From: Octopus sinensis
Lineage: Eukaryota
Length of the DNA: 64,000 bases
Reading direction: 5' to 3'
Assembly (NCBI RefSeq): GCF_006345805.1
Contig: NC_043002.1
Span: 16,492,001-16,556,000 of the forward strand
Position 1 is the stretch's first letter. Every line of letters starts with the position of its first letter. Below are positions 1 to 14,235 of this stretch, piece by piece. A model generated the notes under the pieces. That model saw only the letters and a program-made list of their open reading frames with translations, was not told the origin of the DNA and searched no databases. The position numbers and the translations under genes are program-made.

Positions 1-142
1 AATTTGAAATTAAAACGGACAATGCACATTCTCATACATATTAATAAGTATGAGAATGTGCATTGCCCTTTATATTCCTTTTAGCCAGGACTGGGCAGCC
101 AGAGATAATGATTTATTTATCTATTTATTTATTTATTTATCT

Positions 143-253
143 ATTATTATTATTATTATTATTATTAATATTTTATTATTATTATTCAGGTCACTGCCTA
201 GAATCGAACTTGGAATTTTGGGGTTAGTAGCCTGCTCTCTTAACCAAAACACC

Positions 254-335
<82 letters not shown>
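143..335. repeat. Compound microsatellite (TAT)n / (TA)n / (TG)n
   Basis: Directly visible simple repeats; they explain ORFs 50..379 and 133..357. Confidence 0.95.
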
Positions 336-337
<2 letters not shown>

Positions 338-1242
338 ACACACACAAACACACGCATTAGCTCTTACATATATCTATAAACAACGTGAAATAGATGCATA
401 TTAGTTTATTTTCAAAAGTATTTATTACACGTGCTCATAAATTGAAAGCTATATTTAGATAGATAGAAAGAAAGTGGAGGCTATTATATTCAATATTTAC
501 GATCCACATCTATCATTTGTAAATTTAAGTATACACATATCTGAATTTTTTTTTTTTTTAAATAGGGACGAACTTAAATATGACACTGAGCATAGAGTCT
601 AAATTGTTGAGATAACGTTTGATAATATATAAGCAATATATTATTAAGTTATAAACTCTGCATTGCGCTTCCACACAGAATCACTGTCGAGTCAGCATTA
701 ATTTAAATAAATATGGCTGGTTTTTCTATCTTAGTAGAAGTTCGCGATATTTTAAGCAACAGACGTTTTCCTGTTATCTCCCTTAATCATACCCATTCAT
801 TACGTATCGATAGTACCCATAATTTAAAGTTATGGGGATATGCTTCCTATGGAAAAGCACTTAAAGTGCATATGTACGTATATTTTAACTTAACGATTGA
901 GCGGAAATTAATTTCTTGCACTAAAATCTCCTAAAGAAATAATATATTTTTAATGAAGGTTACTTTGAGCATGGATGTTCTTGTTATTAAAAAATATGAT
1001 AATGGTGCTAAATTTTCTTTATTTTTTTCTGTTAATCATTTGTAATTTGAAATAGTTGAGACAGTACAGCTGCTCCACAACAGTAAGAAATACGGGTGTT
1101 GTATTTGCAAACTGATTAACGACCAAAACTATTGATAATAATATCTCTAATTCAGAACTCTATTCATTATCCTTTCTTGTAGTATATTATGCAATAGTTA
1201 ACACGCCATTTTATTACAATATCGTGGATAAGGGCAATATAT

Positions 1243-1545
1243 GTTAGTTAGTTAGTTAGTTAATTTTTGGCTCAAAAAGCAAAAAGCAAGGCCATGTAGG
1301 GGGACATGGAGTTACGTACAGGGTGGTGTTCATGTAAAGAGTTCAGGCCACTTGAGGTCAAGGGAGACTTTGAACAAAGCGGTCGTCGGCATCTTCACCA
1401 TCTCGTCTAGCAGCTTGTTCCACGGATCCGCAACCCGGACGAAGAAAGCCCCTCTCCTTCGATTGAGATGAAATCGTCGCAGATAGAGCTTTTCGGAATG
1501 ACCCCGCAGTCGACGCTCCTTTAATGCATACATTTCTCCAATACT
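1243..1545 (-). mobile_element. CR1/L2-group LINE 3' end fragment with (AACT)n tail
   Basis: Minus-strand peptide RLRGHSEKLYLRRFHLNRRRGAFFVRVADPWNKL..FKVSLDLKW matches the CR1-type ORF2 C-terminus (RGH.xKL...FFS.RV...WN.L...FK..LD). It is followed by a short UTR and a tandem tail (gtta)n at 1243-1263. Confidence 0.85.
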
Positions 1546-2248
1546 TGCATATTCCAAAATATGTATTCATCTTTTGTATAATAGAAATAACTTTACTATT
1601 ATGAACTTTCTACTTACGTTCCGGTTCAATTCCAAACATGGTTTATTTTATTTTTACCATTGTGATGTGGATGAAATGAAGTACCCGGCAATTACTACGG
1701 TGGGTGTAATCGAATCGATTAGTCTCTCACCTCTAAAACTGCCTAACTTATGTCAATTTAGCCCTCGCTTTTATAAAGATGCAAGAAGTACATTGTAAGA
1801 AACAAATAACTTTTTTTATTTCTATATGTGGTTTGCGGTGATTATATTTAAATTTACGGAAGAAAATCTCTGAAGAAAATGAAAGTCCAAGGGTCATGCA
1901 TATATTCCAGAAATGCAGGCGATATTTGTCAGCTACTTGTAATAATCTGAACAGGTGTACACGCCTTTATATCCACTTGCATAAACACACCCTCTAACCC
2001 TGCATTTAGTGTTTAAATCCAATTTCCCCCCAGGTCTAAAGAGACGATTTTCCCAAGGATATCTTTCTTAGATCCGGAAAGAAATTCACCTGTTCTCATC
2101 AATGAAAATCCATTGAATAACATTTCCTTAAAATGTATCTTTTATACCGATGGAAGTCATTCATCTAATTCTACCGCCATGTTATCTGAAGTTCGTCCGT
2201 ATCTAGTCACTTTTCCACTAAATCCAGAGTGGTTACAAACCATATACA

Positions 2249-3130
2249 TAGTAGTCTGATCAATAAGTATCTGGTCTGTTGCCATAGTAACGAAGCTAAA
2301 GCACGCAGACTGAAGCTGCTTGGCACAGATTAACCTTGAGCCCTGCCGTGCATGTACACTAAGATTTATCTTTCTAATGTACAGCAGTGCTTGGAAGGAA
2401 CGTATTTAGCGCCTGATCGTTGCACTGACCACGACAAAGTTCAGCAGTGAATCTGCATGAAATTTTGCCAAGAGCTGGGCGATACCTGCTCAGAGGCCAA
2501 CACAAACGTTTTAAAATATTTTTATCGCTCTCCACACAATAATGCAGATATTGTGCAACTGAGACCCGAGTGTTTTTTTCCCTTTTTTATTTTGGTCAAC
2601 TCATATCAGTTTTGACACAAACTTGGCGGTCACGCCTCTCATACGCAAATCTTCACTGATAAGGAAAGTAATATGTACATCTTCTAATAATTAAGAGAAG
2701 GTGATTCGACGATTTCCCCTCACATCTGCACGCACATCTGCGATGTTTTTCTCAATTCTGCTGGTTACGTATCTACCAGTTCTTTCGTCAATATCAACAC
2801 TTTTTTCAGCCATCTTGGAAAACTCTGAAACACCCGTAACATGTGTGTAGCTCATACACTCCACTCCATACACGTTTTGCAACATAGCATAGGCCACTGA
2901 GCAGGTATCGCGCTGACAGCTTTCACTGTCATGGTGTACGCGACCATCACACGCTACACACCTTCCTTCCAAGCACTGCTCTAACCAGCGGAAGTAAGCT
3001 AGAACGTTAAAACTTAGTTCACATGCCGAGCAGCGTCCAGAGTCAATGTGTGCTAAGCAGCTTTACTGTGCATGCTTTAGCTTCGTTACTATGGGAATAG
3101 TCCGGATACTTATTGGTCATAGCTCGCATA
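2249..3130. mobile_element. Mariner-derived foldback element made of two inward-facing 5' ends
   Basis: Inverted termini gtctgatcaataagtatc.gg.ctgttgccatagtaacgaagctaaagc at both ends. The minus strand (2691-2972) encodes a mariner N-terminal HTH (AYAMLQNVYG.ECMS...DERTGR..TSR..KNIADVRA.VR.NRRIT). The left arm carries the same 5' region on the plus strand (ICMKFCQELGDTCSEA). Confidence 0.8.
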
Positions 3131-3754
3131 CTCTTCTCAGAGTTTGTCCATGTCAACAACCCTCGGAAAATCTTGTTTCACTCAAATCTGAGCAAAGTCA
3201 TGGGTTTTGATCTTGCTTCCAATACTACTGAAAACCTCGTATATGTAAGCATCTTACTCTAATTATTCACATAAAGGTCAGGACGTAAAATTTTGGAGAA
3301 CTAACATTTTGTTGGCAGCGTATAAATTGATGGTTTCCAAGAAATCCTCGAATATTCTTGCTTCGGCGAACTACAGATTATTCCTATGTAATCCGAGATA
3401 TTTGTTTATAGCATGACATTTGTGAGGATTTCTTTGACTGGGATTTCGAAAAAACACTTCAAAGCCCTCTTCTTTTGTTTCTTTCATTGCAGGCATCGAG
3501 TTCTCTAATGCATAAACGTGTTTTTCATTTCTATATAAAAATGTCACGGTGAGAGATATTTATCTATTCCGATATAATTACTAATCCCTCGCAAATGGTT
3601 ATTTTGTATCCGGAGTGTCACTCGACATCTTCGCAAAAGGTAGTGTTGGTGCCGAATTTCATTGAGACGGCACCAAAATTTTACTTGTGTCTGCTTATGA
3701 AATAGATTCATTGCTTGTTTGCTTCCTCGAATTGCATTGAAGTTTATTGGTGTT

Positions 3755-3963
3755 CTCTTTTACTTGTTTCAGTCATATGACTGTGGCCATGATGGAGCAC
3801 CGCCTTTAGTCAAGCAAATCGACCCCAGGACTTAATCTTTGTAAGCCTAGTATTTGTTCTATCGTTTCTTTTGCTGAACCGCTAAGTTTCGGGGACGTAA
3901 ACATACCAGCATCGGTTGTCAAGCGATGTTGAGGGCATAAACATATGCAGTCACATACATACA

Positions 3964-4027
<64 letters not shown>

Positions 4028-4181
4028 TTTATTATATAGAAGGAGCTTCTACAGGACTACATATAATAAATTAAGCTCCTTCTATATAATAAATTAATTT
4101 TACTCTACTATGTATGAGTACCTTATTTACTGTGGTTAACCCCGAATCAACCCGGGACCTACATATATATATATATTATAT

Positions 4182-4241
<60 letters not shown>

Positions 4242-4402
4242 ATATGACGAGCTTCTTTCTGCTTCTGTCAACCAAATCCACTTACAAGGCTTTGGTCGGC
4301 CCGAGGCTATAGTAGAAAACACTTTCCGAAGTTCCCACGAAGTGGCACTGAACCCCTGATCCATGAAGTTGGTAAGCAAGCTACTTACCACATAGCCACT
4401 GC
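3755..4402 (-). mobile_element. tRNA-derived SINE family 1, interrupted by (TA)n and small inserts
   Basis: Reverse complement of the unit at 21221 and 52261: head at 4245-4402, tail with ctcttttac repeats at 3755-3945. Confidence 0.9.
4023..4098. repeat. Perfect 26-bp inverted repeat with 24-nt spacer
   Basis: attaatttattatatagaaggagctt (4023-4048) is the exact reverse complement of 4073-4098. Confidence 0.9.
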
Positions 4403-7400
4403 ATTTTTTTTGTTTTCATTTTTTGCGAGGTCCGTTCCTTTGTTACAGCTATCACCTGTTTTTGTGCTTATGATATATTTGCGGCTGTTTCCGTTGTTGC
4501 TTTGGCTTATTTATTTATGTATTTATTTATTTATTTACGTGTCAGAAATTATCAGTTCCCGCAATGACATTATATTCATGCCCCAGGTTTTTTTGCACTT
4601 GGCTATTATAATGTTATCGTTGAAGCGACTTATATTGCTCCTATATGTTTTACACTGACTCCTATACTATTGATGTGTGTGATATTTTGTAATATTTAAT
4701 TATGTCTTTATGTAGCCAACACTACTGACATTTCCTTTGTTTCTTTTCGCTTTATCAAGGCTTCTCGTCCGTCACTACGTGTAGAAACAGAGCACTCACT
4801 TTACGAGAGTTATACGCCACTGTGCACCGTTTGTCATGTTGGTGTTCACGGAGTTATTTTTGAGTCGTTCCTTCTGTATTCGGCAAATGCTACAAACCTA
4901 TTGCCAACAAATACGTAAGCTTTGCTTGCAGCATACATTCTACTTTATCAGGTTTAGGGTTCGGCTATTCTGGTGCGAAAACAGCTGGCCATAGCCACAG
5001 TCACTCGTATGTTTCGGGACATATACAACACTGCATTTTCATTAACAACTGACCCATTTACGATGGAATATAGATGAAATTCTAAAACTATGACAGTGAA
5101 GCAACTCCTGATAATGTGCTCATTGTAGAATCGACCTGTATTATTGAATATTGCTAATCGCTGTAGTGAATTTTTTTTTTTTCTGAATTTTGCCAACTAG
5201 AAAAACAATCACAATCTTCTACTTTTTGCAAGCATTATTTTCTTCGATATATAATGCGCAACGCTTGACTGCCGAAATATCCTTGGGCACGAACGTAGCG
5301 ATACTCATTATACTTTTTTTGCGTATGCGTATTTTATGCGATATCTCTACCCGGTGTTGTAAGTTGACTCCTTACAAAAATGTCAGTCATTCTAGCTGCT
5401 TGCTAGTCTTGTTATCACGAATAGTAATGATGATGGTAACGCTCATTTCTTCTTCATGGAAGCTATAACAAAATATAGTGGTTGCGGGTAAGTGTTCTGT
5501 TGAGAGAAGAAAGGAAAATTCAAAAGAGGACGTTTGTGAGTCGTAAACGTCTAGGCCATGAGTAACACATAGTTTCTCGTCTCTCACGCTGGTTATGAAA
5601 TGCGCTGACTACTGAATAATCTCTACTTTAGTTCTAATATGGGTGACATTATCAAATTATGTGTGTTTAAGCACAATCCTGAATTACTGAAATAAAAGGA
5701 ATGTTCAGTAATGAATATATATACAAGAACTTCAAGAAATTAGAAAACTTAAATCCCTTGCTGTGAGTATCATCTTGCGATTAATATCACTAAGAAGACA
5801 ATGATAGCAATCATTGCGTAGACAAAATTATGATTGTAAGTATATACATTGAGACGAGTTTAAAAATGCACTGAATGCATCACATACCGGGTTGGAAGAA
5901 TTCTGCTTGAAAATGAACAAAAATATGAAGACCATTGCCAAGTGAGAGTTAGCGTTGCCAAGTGTTGTACACTAAGTAGGATTATGGATTCTATTTACGG
6001 CATGTTCCTATGAACATCAAACGAAAATAGAGCTCAAGAAACTGAACAATGCGGCTGTTGGTTGGACAAATTTTAAGTGTAATATCCATCGATACGTGTG
6101 CAACGAAAAACAATAAAAGTTATAGATGCCTGTAAGTAACAAATGCCAAATTAAAGGAGGGTTCGCTCCTGCTTTAATAACGGCTATGAACAAATTGCCT
6201 TCAACCTTAGAACCCTAACTTCAAAATCAATAAGATATTTTAGAATTACGTTAGATGTAGTTCAATGAAAATTTGGTTACCTGATTAATTAATGGATTAA
6301 ACGACAGTGTAAATGCTTCAGCGTTGGTTTCTTCGCATTATTGGCTTCAGAATGTTTTGAGACTGTATCTAATCGAATTATTAGCGTTTATCTGCGCAAC
6401 ATAAATGAGAAAATGATTCAATGCTGCAGGTAAATAAATCTTCACTAATTTCTAACAACCACGCCAGTAATTTATTTCCATTACCATAAAAAGTTTTATG
6501 TTAACATGAAACCGCATAAATTATAAAATGAAAACATATGTGTAATTATAAAATTTCGAACTTGATATTTGTTTTTTTATTTGCTTGTATTTTATAAATG
6601 GAGAAACGGAAAACATGAGCATATCAAACAATGTTGCAAAAGGTAAAAAGGAAAAGTTGAAGTTTTAGTGCGTAAATTAACTGGTGCATATACCATGCAG
6701 TTACCAACACATTTCGTCGACTAATCACATGTCAGTGTTAATTCTATTTTTCGTTTAAGACAATTTTGTTTATATATTGCCACGAGATAACCTTGCACGT
6801 AATCTGTGAGCAATCGGCAACCTGAAACCGTGAGCTACAATTGAGTAAACTTTAAAATCTTTCACGCTATACACACTATTCTTTAGTTATTGAATATTTT
6901 TCTCCACTTTATAAAAATAAAATATTACCGAATGCAACCATACTTATATACACAATAAGCACACACAAACGCACACACACATACATATATAATACATGCA
7001 TACATACACACACACATACGCATATATATGTATGCTTTAATGTCTGTTTTGTGTGTGTAACTCAGGAAATAAGCGATAAAATGATATCACATACATCTGA
7101 AGAAGTCGTTTTATCTAGACTACATGAACTGGAATTAATCCGTATCTCGTCCTTCAAATAAATATGTTTTTTTTCAAACGGACAAATGTAATGGAAATGT
7201 GAAATATTTTATTATATATTTTCACAATTACATTATTTTTGGAATATTTTGTCATGTTTATCGAAGTGTGAGATGGTAAAGAAATGTTCGTTAAATATCT
7301 TTCTATTTTCAGATATTTTTGCTTTCAAATATGCACTATTAATCTATTTTCATATATTCTTTCCACAAAGAGGAAATTGGTCTATAGAGGAAGTTTACAC

Positions 7401-7883
7401 AGTCAAATATTAGTTTAGAAAATGTTGGATATTGAAATCTACTTGTGATGAGACATACAATGCCATACCTACATCTATAGACACGTTGGTGAATATATTT
7501 CATGTATATATAAATGTAGTTTATGTTAAGAAACCATGAATATGTATTCAAGAGGCGCAGATTCGCGTCCTGCGCATATGTATATATATGAGTCCGCGTG
7601 TGTATGTCTGTATGTACGCAATTATGTATGAAAGAATGCATACATTAATCAAATATGAAACATCTCCATTTATGTTAATATATATGTATGTATATAAGCA
7701 TCTATCTATGTAAATATCTCTTTACATCTACAGATCTCTACTTATATAAATTATCTACGTACCTGGATGCATGCATACGTACGAACAAATACATATAAAT
7801 ATATAAACATTCATGTATATACACTCAGATATGCATATAGATTAACATATATATGCCTATAAATATACATGTATATATATACG

Positions 7884-7922
<39 letters not shown>

Positions 7923-8693
7923 GCATACATACATACATACATACATACATACATACATACATACATACATACATACATACATACATGCATATATGAATGT
8001 CTACGTACGTTCTGGCATCTTTCATGTGAGATGTCTAATTTCTTTTCTATTTCTCAATCCGGGGAATACATAGACACAAACCCAATGGCAATTCCTAGGT
8101 ACTCAATAACATGATTATTTTACTTCCGTTCTGATATCATATCTCCATACCCATTATTACATTATAGTCTACAGAACTAACAATATCGGAATTCAGATCA
8201 AATATGAACTAATGAATTGTAGCCCGACTCATTCATGTAAATATAGAGGTTGCTTTTAGTTTGCGGTATTCGTTATAGTTGTTAATTTTCGAAACAATCT
8301 ATGCTGCATAATCTTCAGATTTGAAGGATTTTATTCAAATGTATGGCGCTTACACATGTACATACACACATACACAAACACTCTCCCTTTCTCTCTCTCT
8401 CTCTCCCACTTTCTCTCTCTCTTTCATACACACAGATATATGTTTATATTTGTGCATGATAGCATTTGTATATAAGTATATATAAGAATATCATCCTACC
8501 ACCACTCAATACAAGTGTGTGTGTGTGAGTATTTGTGTGTGCACAGAAACACAGGATCACACACGCAAACACACACTCTCACATGCACTCACACTACCAC
8601 AATGCACACACGTGCATATATATAGAGATAGATAGATAGATAGATATAGATATATATAAATATATATGCATATATATATATACATTATATATA

Positions 8694-8741
<48 letters not shown>

Positions 8742-10060
8742 TTATATAGAGTGATAAGAGGATGATATTCGTAGCAAAGAAACATGATAATCGAAGGGCT
8801 TATTATTACATATAATAGGTATGTTGTAATAGCCATCCGAACGTCATGATTCTCATATCGATATTCAGTACGGAATATTAACGGATATAAAGTGAAAAGC
8901 TGATCAGACAATATACTGTGGAGCATATACTTACGTTCCGTTTGAACTAAAATAAATCCTTTGTCACATAAACTGCCCATCATAAGCATATTCTAATTTA
9001 ATTTTACTTTCTTCTTTTTATCACCGATACCCTATGATCACTTTAAATTTTCAATAAATAGTTTAGGGCTCTTCTGAGAAGAGGATATTAAGAAAGCCGT
9101 TTCACGTTCTATACAGAGTATAAAGGTTAACGGATATTAGATGGCATATTTATCAGATGTACATTTAACTTGAATATCTGATACGTATCTCAGTGATTTT
9201 ATCGGACACCGGAGGGAAATTAAAGAATGTAACACATATATAAATACTATGTTTTCATAGCGTTTCCTTTTGAACTTACAAATATCAGTGCTCGTTCGCT
9301 AGAATCGGTCATATTGACACGAAAAGATTAACACCTTAAGAAATATGGACACAATTATAATCTATAACGGAACAAAGATAAAATATGATATGTAGCTTTC
9401 CTTTTTCATTTCATGAAATTCACAGAGGCTTTGTAATTAAAGATAGTTGAATTATTTAGTAGTTGACTTCTATATGATTACATAAATTACATTCCCGTAA
9501 TGAATTCTGTATCACAGAAATATTATAACTCTTACACCGAGTTTTATCATTTGCGTTTATCTTGTACGCCATTTTTCCTTTACCCTACAACATTGAGTAT
9601 GTTTAAAGTTCATAATGGTCTTTAGTGCAATGGTGTTTTCAAATGAAATAGATAAAAGAAGGAATGTTTACTGATTTATTTTCAAGACAACATTCAGCTT
9701 TCGAGTTGTTTGACACAATAGTTATGTATCACCACTCAACTTGTGCTTATGAACAGATGAGAAAATGCAGTGAAGATCGCTGTGTCCATTTTAAGAGATA
9801 TTAGCGTGAGTGCATTCCATGATAGAGGGAAGAACAACACAGTTGGGATGCAGATTCGTGTGAAGATTTACATAAAGCAAAGGGTTGGCTTGAATCTTTG
9901 TTTTTTTTCTTTTTCTTCCGTGGGAATGGGATTTTAAGATTAAATGAAAAGTTTGAAATTCAGTGTATTGGTGTAATTTTTCACGCCTAATTAATTTGTT
10001 CCAGAAAAAAAAAATTAACGGAAACTGTGATCATTTTTACACAGTCAGAAAACAGAATTT

Positions 10061-10147
10061 GGAAGATGTCATTTTGTGTGTGACTGCAATCGTACGTCGA
10101 CAGAAGAACAATGTCAACATTGCGACTATAGCACGTGTTCGAAGCAT
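10061..10147 (+). pseudogene. Possible piggyBac-type C-terminal cysteine-rich domain remnant
   Basis: Unlisted frame reads GRCHFVCDCNRTSTEEQCQHCDYSTCSKH, resembling the GRCxxC...CxxCxxxxCxxH piggyBac CRD pattern. There is an upstream stop and no terminal repeat was found. Confidence 0.3.
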
Positions 10148-10770
10148 TTAATAAGCAAAACATGGTCAAACAAAACATATTTTGTAGTAGTTTTAAGCAT
10201 TTACGTGGTGGGTATCGAACATGATTGAAATATAACTTTGTAGACAAGCGCGAATTTCCATAAACAGGATTTCCAACGCCAGGTTTGTTACGTTGGAAGA
10301 GGTGTCTATATGTCTGTGGCTGTCAATTGTCTAAAATTACCCAGAATTTGCTAATTTAAAACCTATTAACTCTTTATTCATTGATTCATGGCGAAAAGGA
10401 ATTTCGTGTTAAGAATTGACATACAAAACTACATCAACGCAACAAATTTGAAATCAACTAGAAAAAAATTGTAGAAATGTGAGAGTGACAACCACACGGA
10501 ACAGATCGGTCAACTTTATTGCATGTGGTGTCAGAATCAGAATTATTGTAATTATAATTTGAAAATTATTATAACGACATAATTGTTTGGTGAATACTCG
10601 GGTCGATACTCTATCATTCAAGGCGAATTACTTTAGAGTGCATCTGCTACATTCAAGTGGAATGGCATAGCACAAGATTGGTAATTGGTTAAATCGTGTA
10701 TAAATGGTGATACGTAAATGGACATGCAGTACACACACATACGCATACACAGAGAGACACACACGCACAA

Positions 10771-10843
<73 letters not shown>

Positions 10844-10844
10844 T

Positions 10845-11556
10845 TGTACGACTCTTATTGTTTCATTCTTTCACTCTCTCATTGTTTCATTCTTTCTCCC
10901 AGCCCTTTCACACCCACTTCGTTCTTTTCACTCTTCTTTCTTTCGCTCTCTTACATTTTCTGGCCTACTTTTCATTCTCACAATCTCTCCTCTTCCACTT
11001 CACTGTGGCACTTTTCTTTTTTTCTCGCCCCTCCCTAATTCGTCTATCCCTTTGCCACTACTTCCCTCTTCGCTTTCCACGTGACAGGTGTTTGGCCAAG
11101 CCTGACCTTTTATTCTTGGTTCGATTACCATCCGTGCAATATCTATATTCTTTCCTATGCCGGTCTTCTCTTATCTCCATGCCATAAGGTTTCACTTCCC
11201 CACACGCCAACTTAATGTCCTTCATCCGTAGTCGAAAGACACATGTTGTTAATATACGGTTCTTTGCATTTGAATTTGTGTACGATTTCTCCGTTTTTTA
11301 CCGTCCTTGTTTTCGTAAACATTCGCTGCTTTCTTCCAAGGAATCTAGTGCTCTTAGCTTAGATTTTTGTTGGGGATAGCCTTATTGGAACAGCGTCGGG
11401 TATAACCAGCTGAAACTGCAAAGGTAATCTGGAGCTCAAGTAATGAAAGAACATTCTAAGCAACCCGTCCTTGTTTTTCTTGTCCCTTTTTATGTATCTT
11501 CTGTCTGATGTTATACGTCTTGTCCTACTTTTGTATTCATATATATATATATATAT

Positions 11557-11560
<4 letters not shown>
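10845..11560 (+). mobile_element. Non-autonomous ~0.7-kb element with CT-rich 5' half between (TA)n tracts
   Basis: Starts tttgtacgactcttattgtttcattct, which is repeated directly after the next TA tract at ~11604. It shares a CT-rich block and ccacgtgaca with 58454-59270. Confidence 0.45.
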
Positions 11561-11602
<42 letters not shown>

Positions 11603-12160
11603 ATTTTGTACGACTGTCTTATTCTTTCATTCTTTTATTCTTCCTTTCTTTCTATCAAAAACGAAACGAAAACAAAACAAAATTGCTAAGATTACCGCAT
11701 TTTTTGGGGTTATATTTATCGTAGGCTTTCAATCCACTATCTAATTTATTTTAGGAAATCATTGCTGGCGTAATTCAGTGTTAACGACCGACATAGGAAT
11801 ATGCGAATATATTTCACCATATTCACTAGAGAAATTCAAAATCTTTCGATTTGAAATTGAGGAGTTTACATTTACCAATTGTTCCAGCTTATAAAACTAA
11901 ATGCTAGCAGTATAATATTTGATGTTTGTTCTTTTGCGTCGGTATGCGTATGACGTCCTACGCATACAAAAATCCTTAACTTTGATATGTGTATATACAA
12001 ATATATACTTGCACGCAAAATATTTTGGGCATAACTATATTTGTTCAATTGAGTAAAATATAGTATACTTAACTAATCTCTATATAATAGATTCATAAAT
12101 ATATGAATCGTTCTATATGTTACTTTTTCCCCTCTTTAAATTCTATATACTGTTTACATT

Positions 12161-12278
<118 letters not shown>

Positions 12279-12362
12279 TATACACATATATATATACATA
12301 TATATATACATGCATATATATACAGTTACACATACGCACATGGATGTGTATATGTATATATC

Positions 12363-12396
<34 letters not shown>

Positions 12397-12668
12397 ACTG
12401 GTTAAAATAGCCATACATATGTATAAGTATTCTACACACACATTGTGCTTGTGTGCATATCTAGGGGTTGTGTGCCTGCACCGATGTACCTGATGCAGGT
12501 GTTCTTATGTGCATGCATGCATATATATATATATATATATATATATACTGGTTAAAATAGCCATACATATGTATAAGTATTCATACACACACATTGTGCT
12601 TGTGTGCATATTAGGGTTTGTGTGCCTGCACCGAATGTACCTGATGCAGGTGTTCTTATGTGCATGCA

Positions 12669-12671
<3 letters not shown>
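12397..12671. repeat. Direct tandem duplication, ~125-bp unit plus (TA)n spacer (period ~150)
   Basis: actggttaaaatagccatacatatgtataagtatt...gcatgcatgc at 12397-12520 and 12547-12671, nearly identical. Confidence 0.95.
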
Positions 12672-12709
<38 letters not shown>

Positions 12710-12773
12710 ATATGATATATGATACATATTATATGTATATATATATGTATATATATTATATATATATATATAT

Positions 12774-12805
<32 letters not shown>

Positions 12806-13256
12806 TATTTATTGTGGTGTTTGTTTTGTGTGTGTTTGTGTGTGTGTAAATTTATGAACTGTATGGATATATAAAGTAGAACCTACGAAAATGGATAAGA
12901 AATGTACGTCAAATTGTTCATAGCATTGTATTGGATGCTATTGATTAAAGTTACTTTGTTAGGATTCTTACTTGACTCTATTTGTTACATGAATGTGAAT
13001 AAAAAAAAGCTATATAGTTGGTCTGGTCTCACGTCTATTCTCATATTCTTGTCAAAGAAATATTGAACATTGCCAAAAGTAAAGATGCCAAAGCATTGAA
13101 TTCAACATATAAAAGAGAATCAATCATGCTGTGCGATATTGATACCGTAGTCACTCTGAACTGTCGGGGTGTACATACATACGTATATATATATATATAT
13201 ATATTAATATATATATATATATATATAATATATATATATATATGTATATTATACAT

Positions 13257-13303
<47 letters not shown>

Positions 13304-13741
13304 TTATATATATATATTTATATATATGTATGTATATATATACAGATATATATAATGTATGTATGTAGCGATGTATGTATTATTCGTTGTACTGTTTGAT
13401 AGAAAGAGTCAGATAGGAGGAAGGGAGACGAAAGAGAAAGTAACACAAAAGCAGGCATAATATACATTTTTTTTTTTCTTAAATTCCAACTACTTAACTG
13501 CTGACTTTTTCCATTCATACGCTTCTTATCTTCGAAGACATCTTAATGTGTAATTTATAGAAAAAAAATATAATAATTTCTATATTTTAGTTTTTGTTAT
13601 ATTTTGTAGTTTATTAATTTTTAAAAAAATTTCTTCTTCTAGTCTGCATATACACGATGACTCTACGCCTCATATATAACTTCTATATATAGCACCACTG
13701 ATTATTTTTAAATATGTATATATATAATGTATATATGTATA

Positions 13742-13772
<31 letters not shown>

Positions 13773-13820
13773 AATATGTGTGTGGGTGTGTGTGGTATAT
13801 ATATATATATATATATAAAT

Positions 13821-13890
13821 GGCGGTGCCCCCCAGCATGGCCCACTCGTGAGCTGAAACTAGATAAAATAAAATATAAAATAAAAAATAA
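13821..13890 (+). mobile_element. Isolated SINE/LINE 3' tail fragment
   Basis: ggcggtgccccccagcatggcc...gctgaaactagataaaataaaa resembles the ggcggtgctccagcatggcc..tgaaac tail of SINE family 1. Confidence 0.6.
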
Positions 13891-13942
13891 ATATATAATA
13901 TGTATATATATAATATGTATATATATATGTGTGTATATATAT

Positions 13943-14176
13943 AAACTTAGATATGTTTCAACCAAAGATTGGTCCAGGCCATGTCTAACTTAATAGCACC
14001 ACCTTGTAGGATTATTCGAATCCTGTTTAAGTCAAGTTTTGTTCAAGTAGTGAGTTCTTGTTGGGTGAGTTGTATCCAATTATGGGTAGCTGATCTGGTA
14101 TTTTTTGAATGAATCTATCCAGACTCCGTTTAAAGTTTATGGGATCGTTTACCTCTTTGATCTCCCTCGGACAATG
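13943..14176 (-). mobile_element. LINE (CR1/L2/Jockey group) ORF2 C-terminus and 3' UTR
   Basis: Minus-strand peptide IKEVNDPINFKRSLDRFIQKIPDQLPIIGYNSPNKNSLLE, then a UTR ending in atctaagttt; the same end occurs at 24202-24273. Confidence 0.7.
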
Positions 14177-14184
14177 TTACATAC

Positions 14185-14235
<51 letters not shown>

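Noticed and set aside
7090-7200. ctgaagaagtcg...gac aaatgtaatg as a hammerhead
   Set aside because: No intact GAAA and weak stems; at best a decayed relic.
12397-12671. Repeat-spacer appearance suggesting CRISPR
   Set aside because: Only two long units separated by TA microsatellite, in a eukaryotic context with no cas genes.
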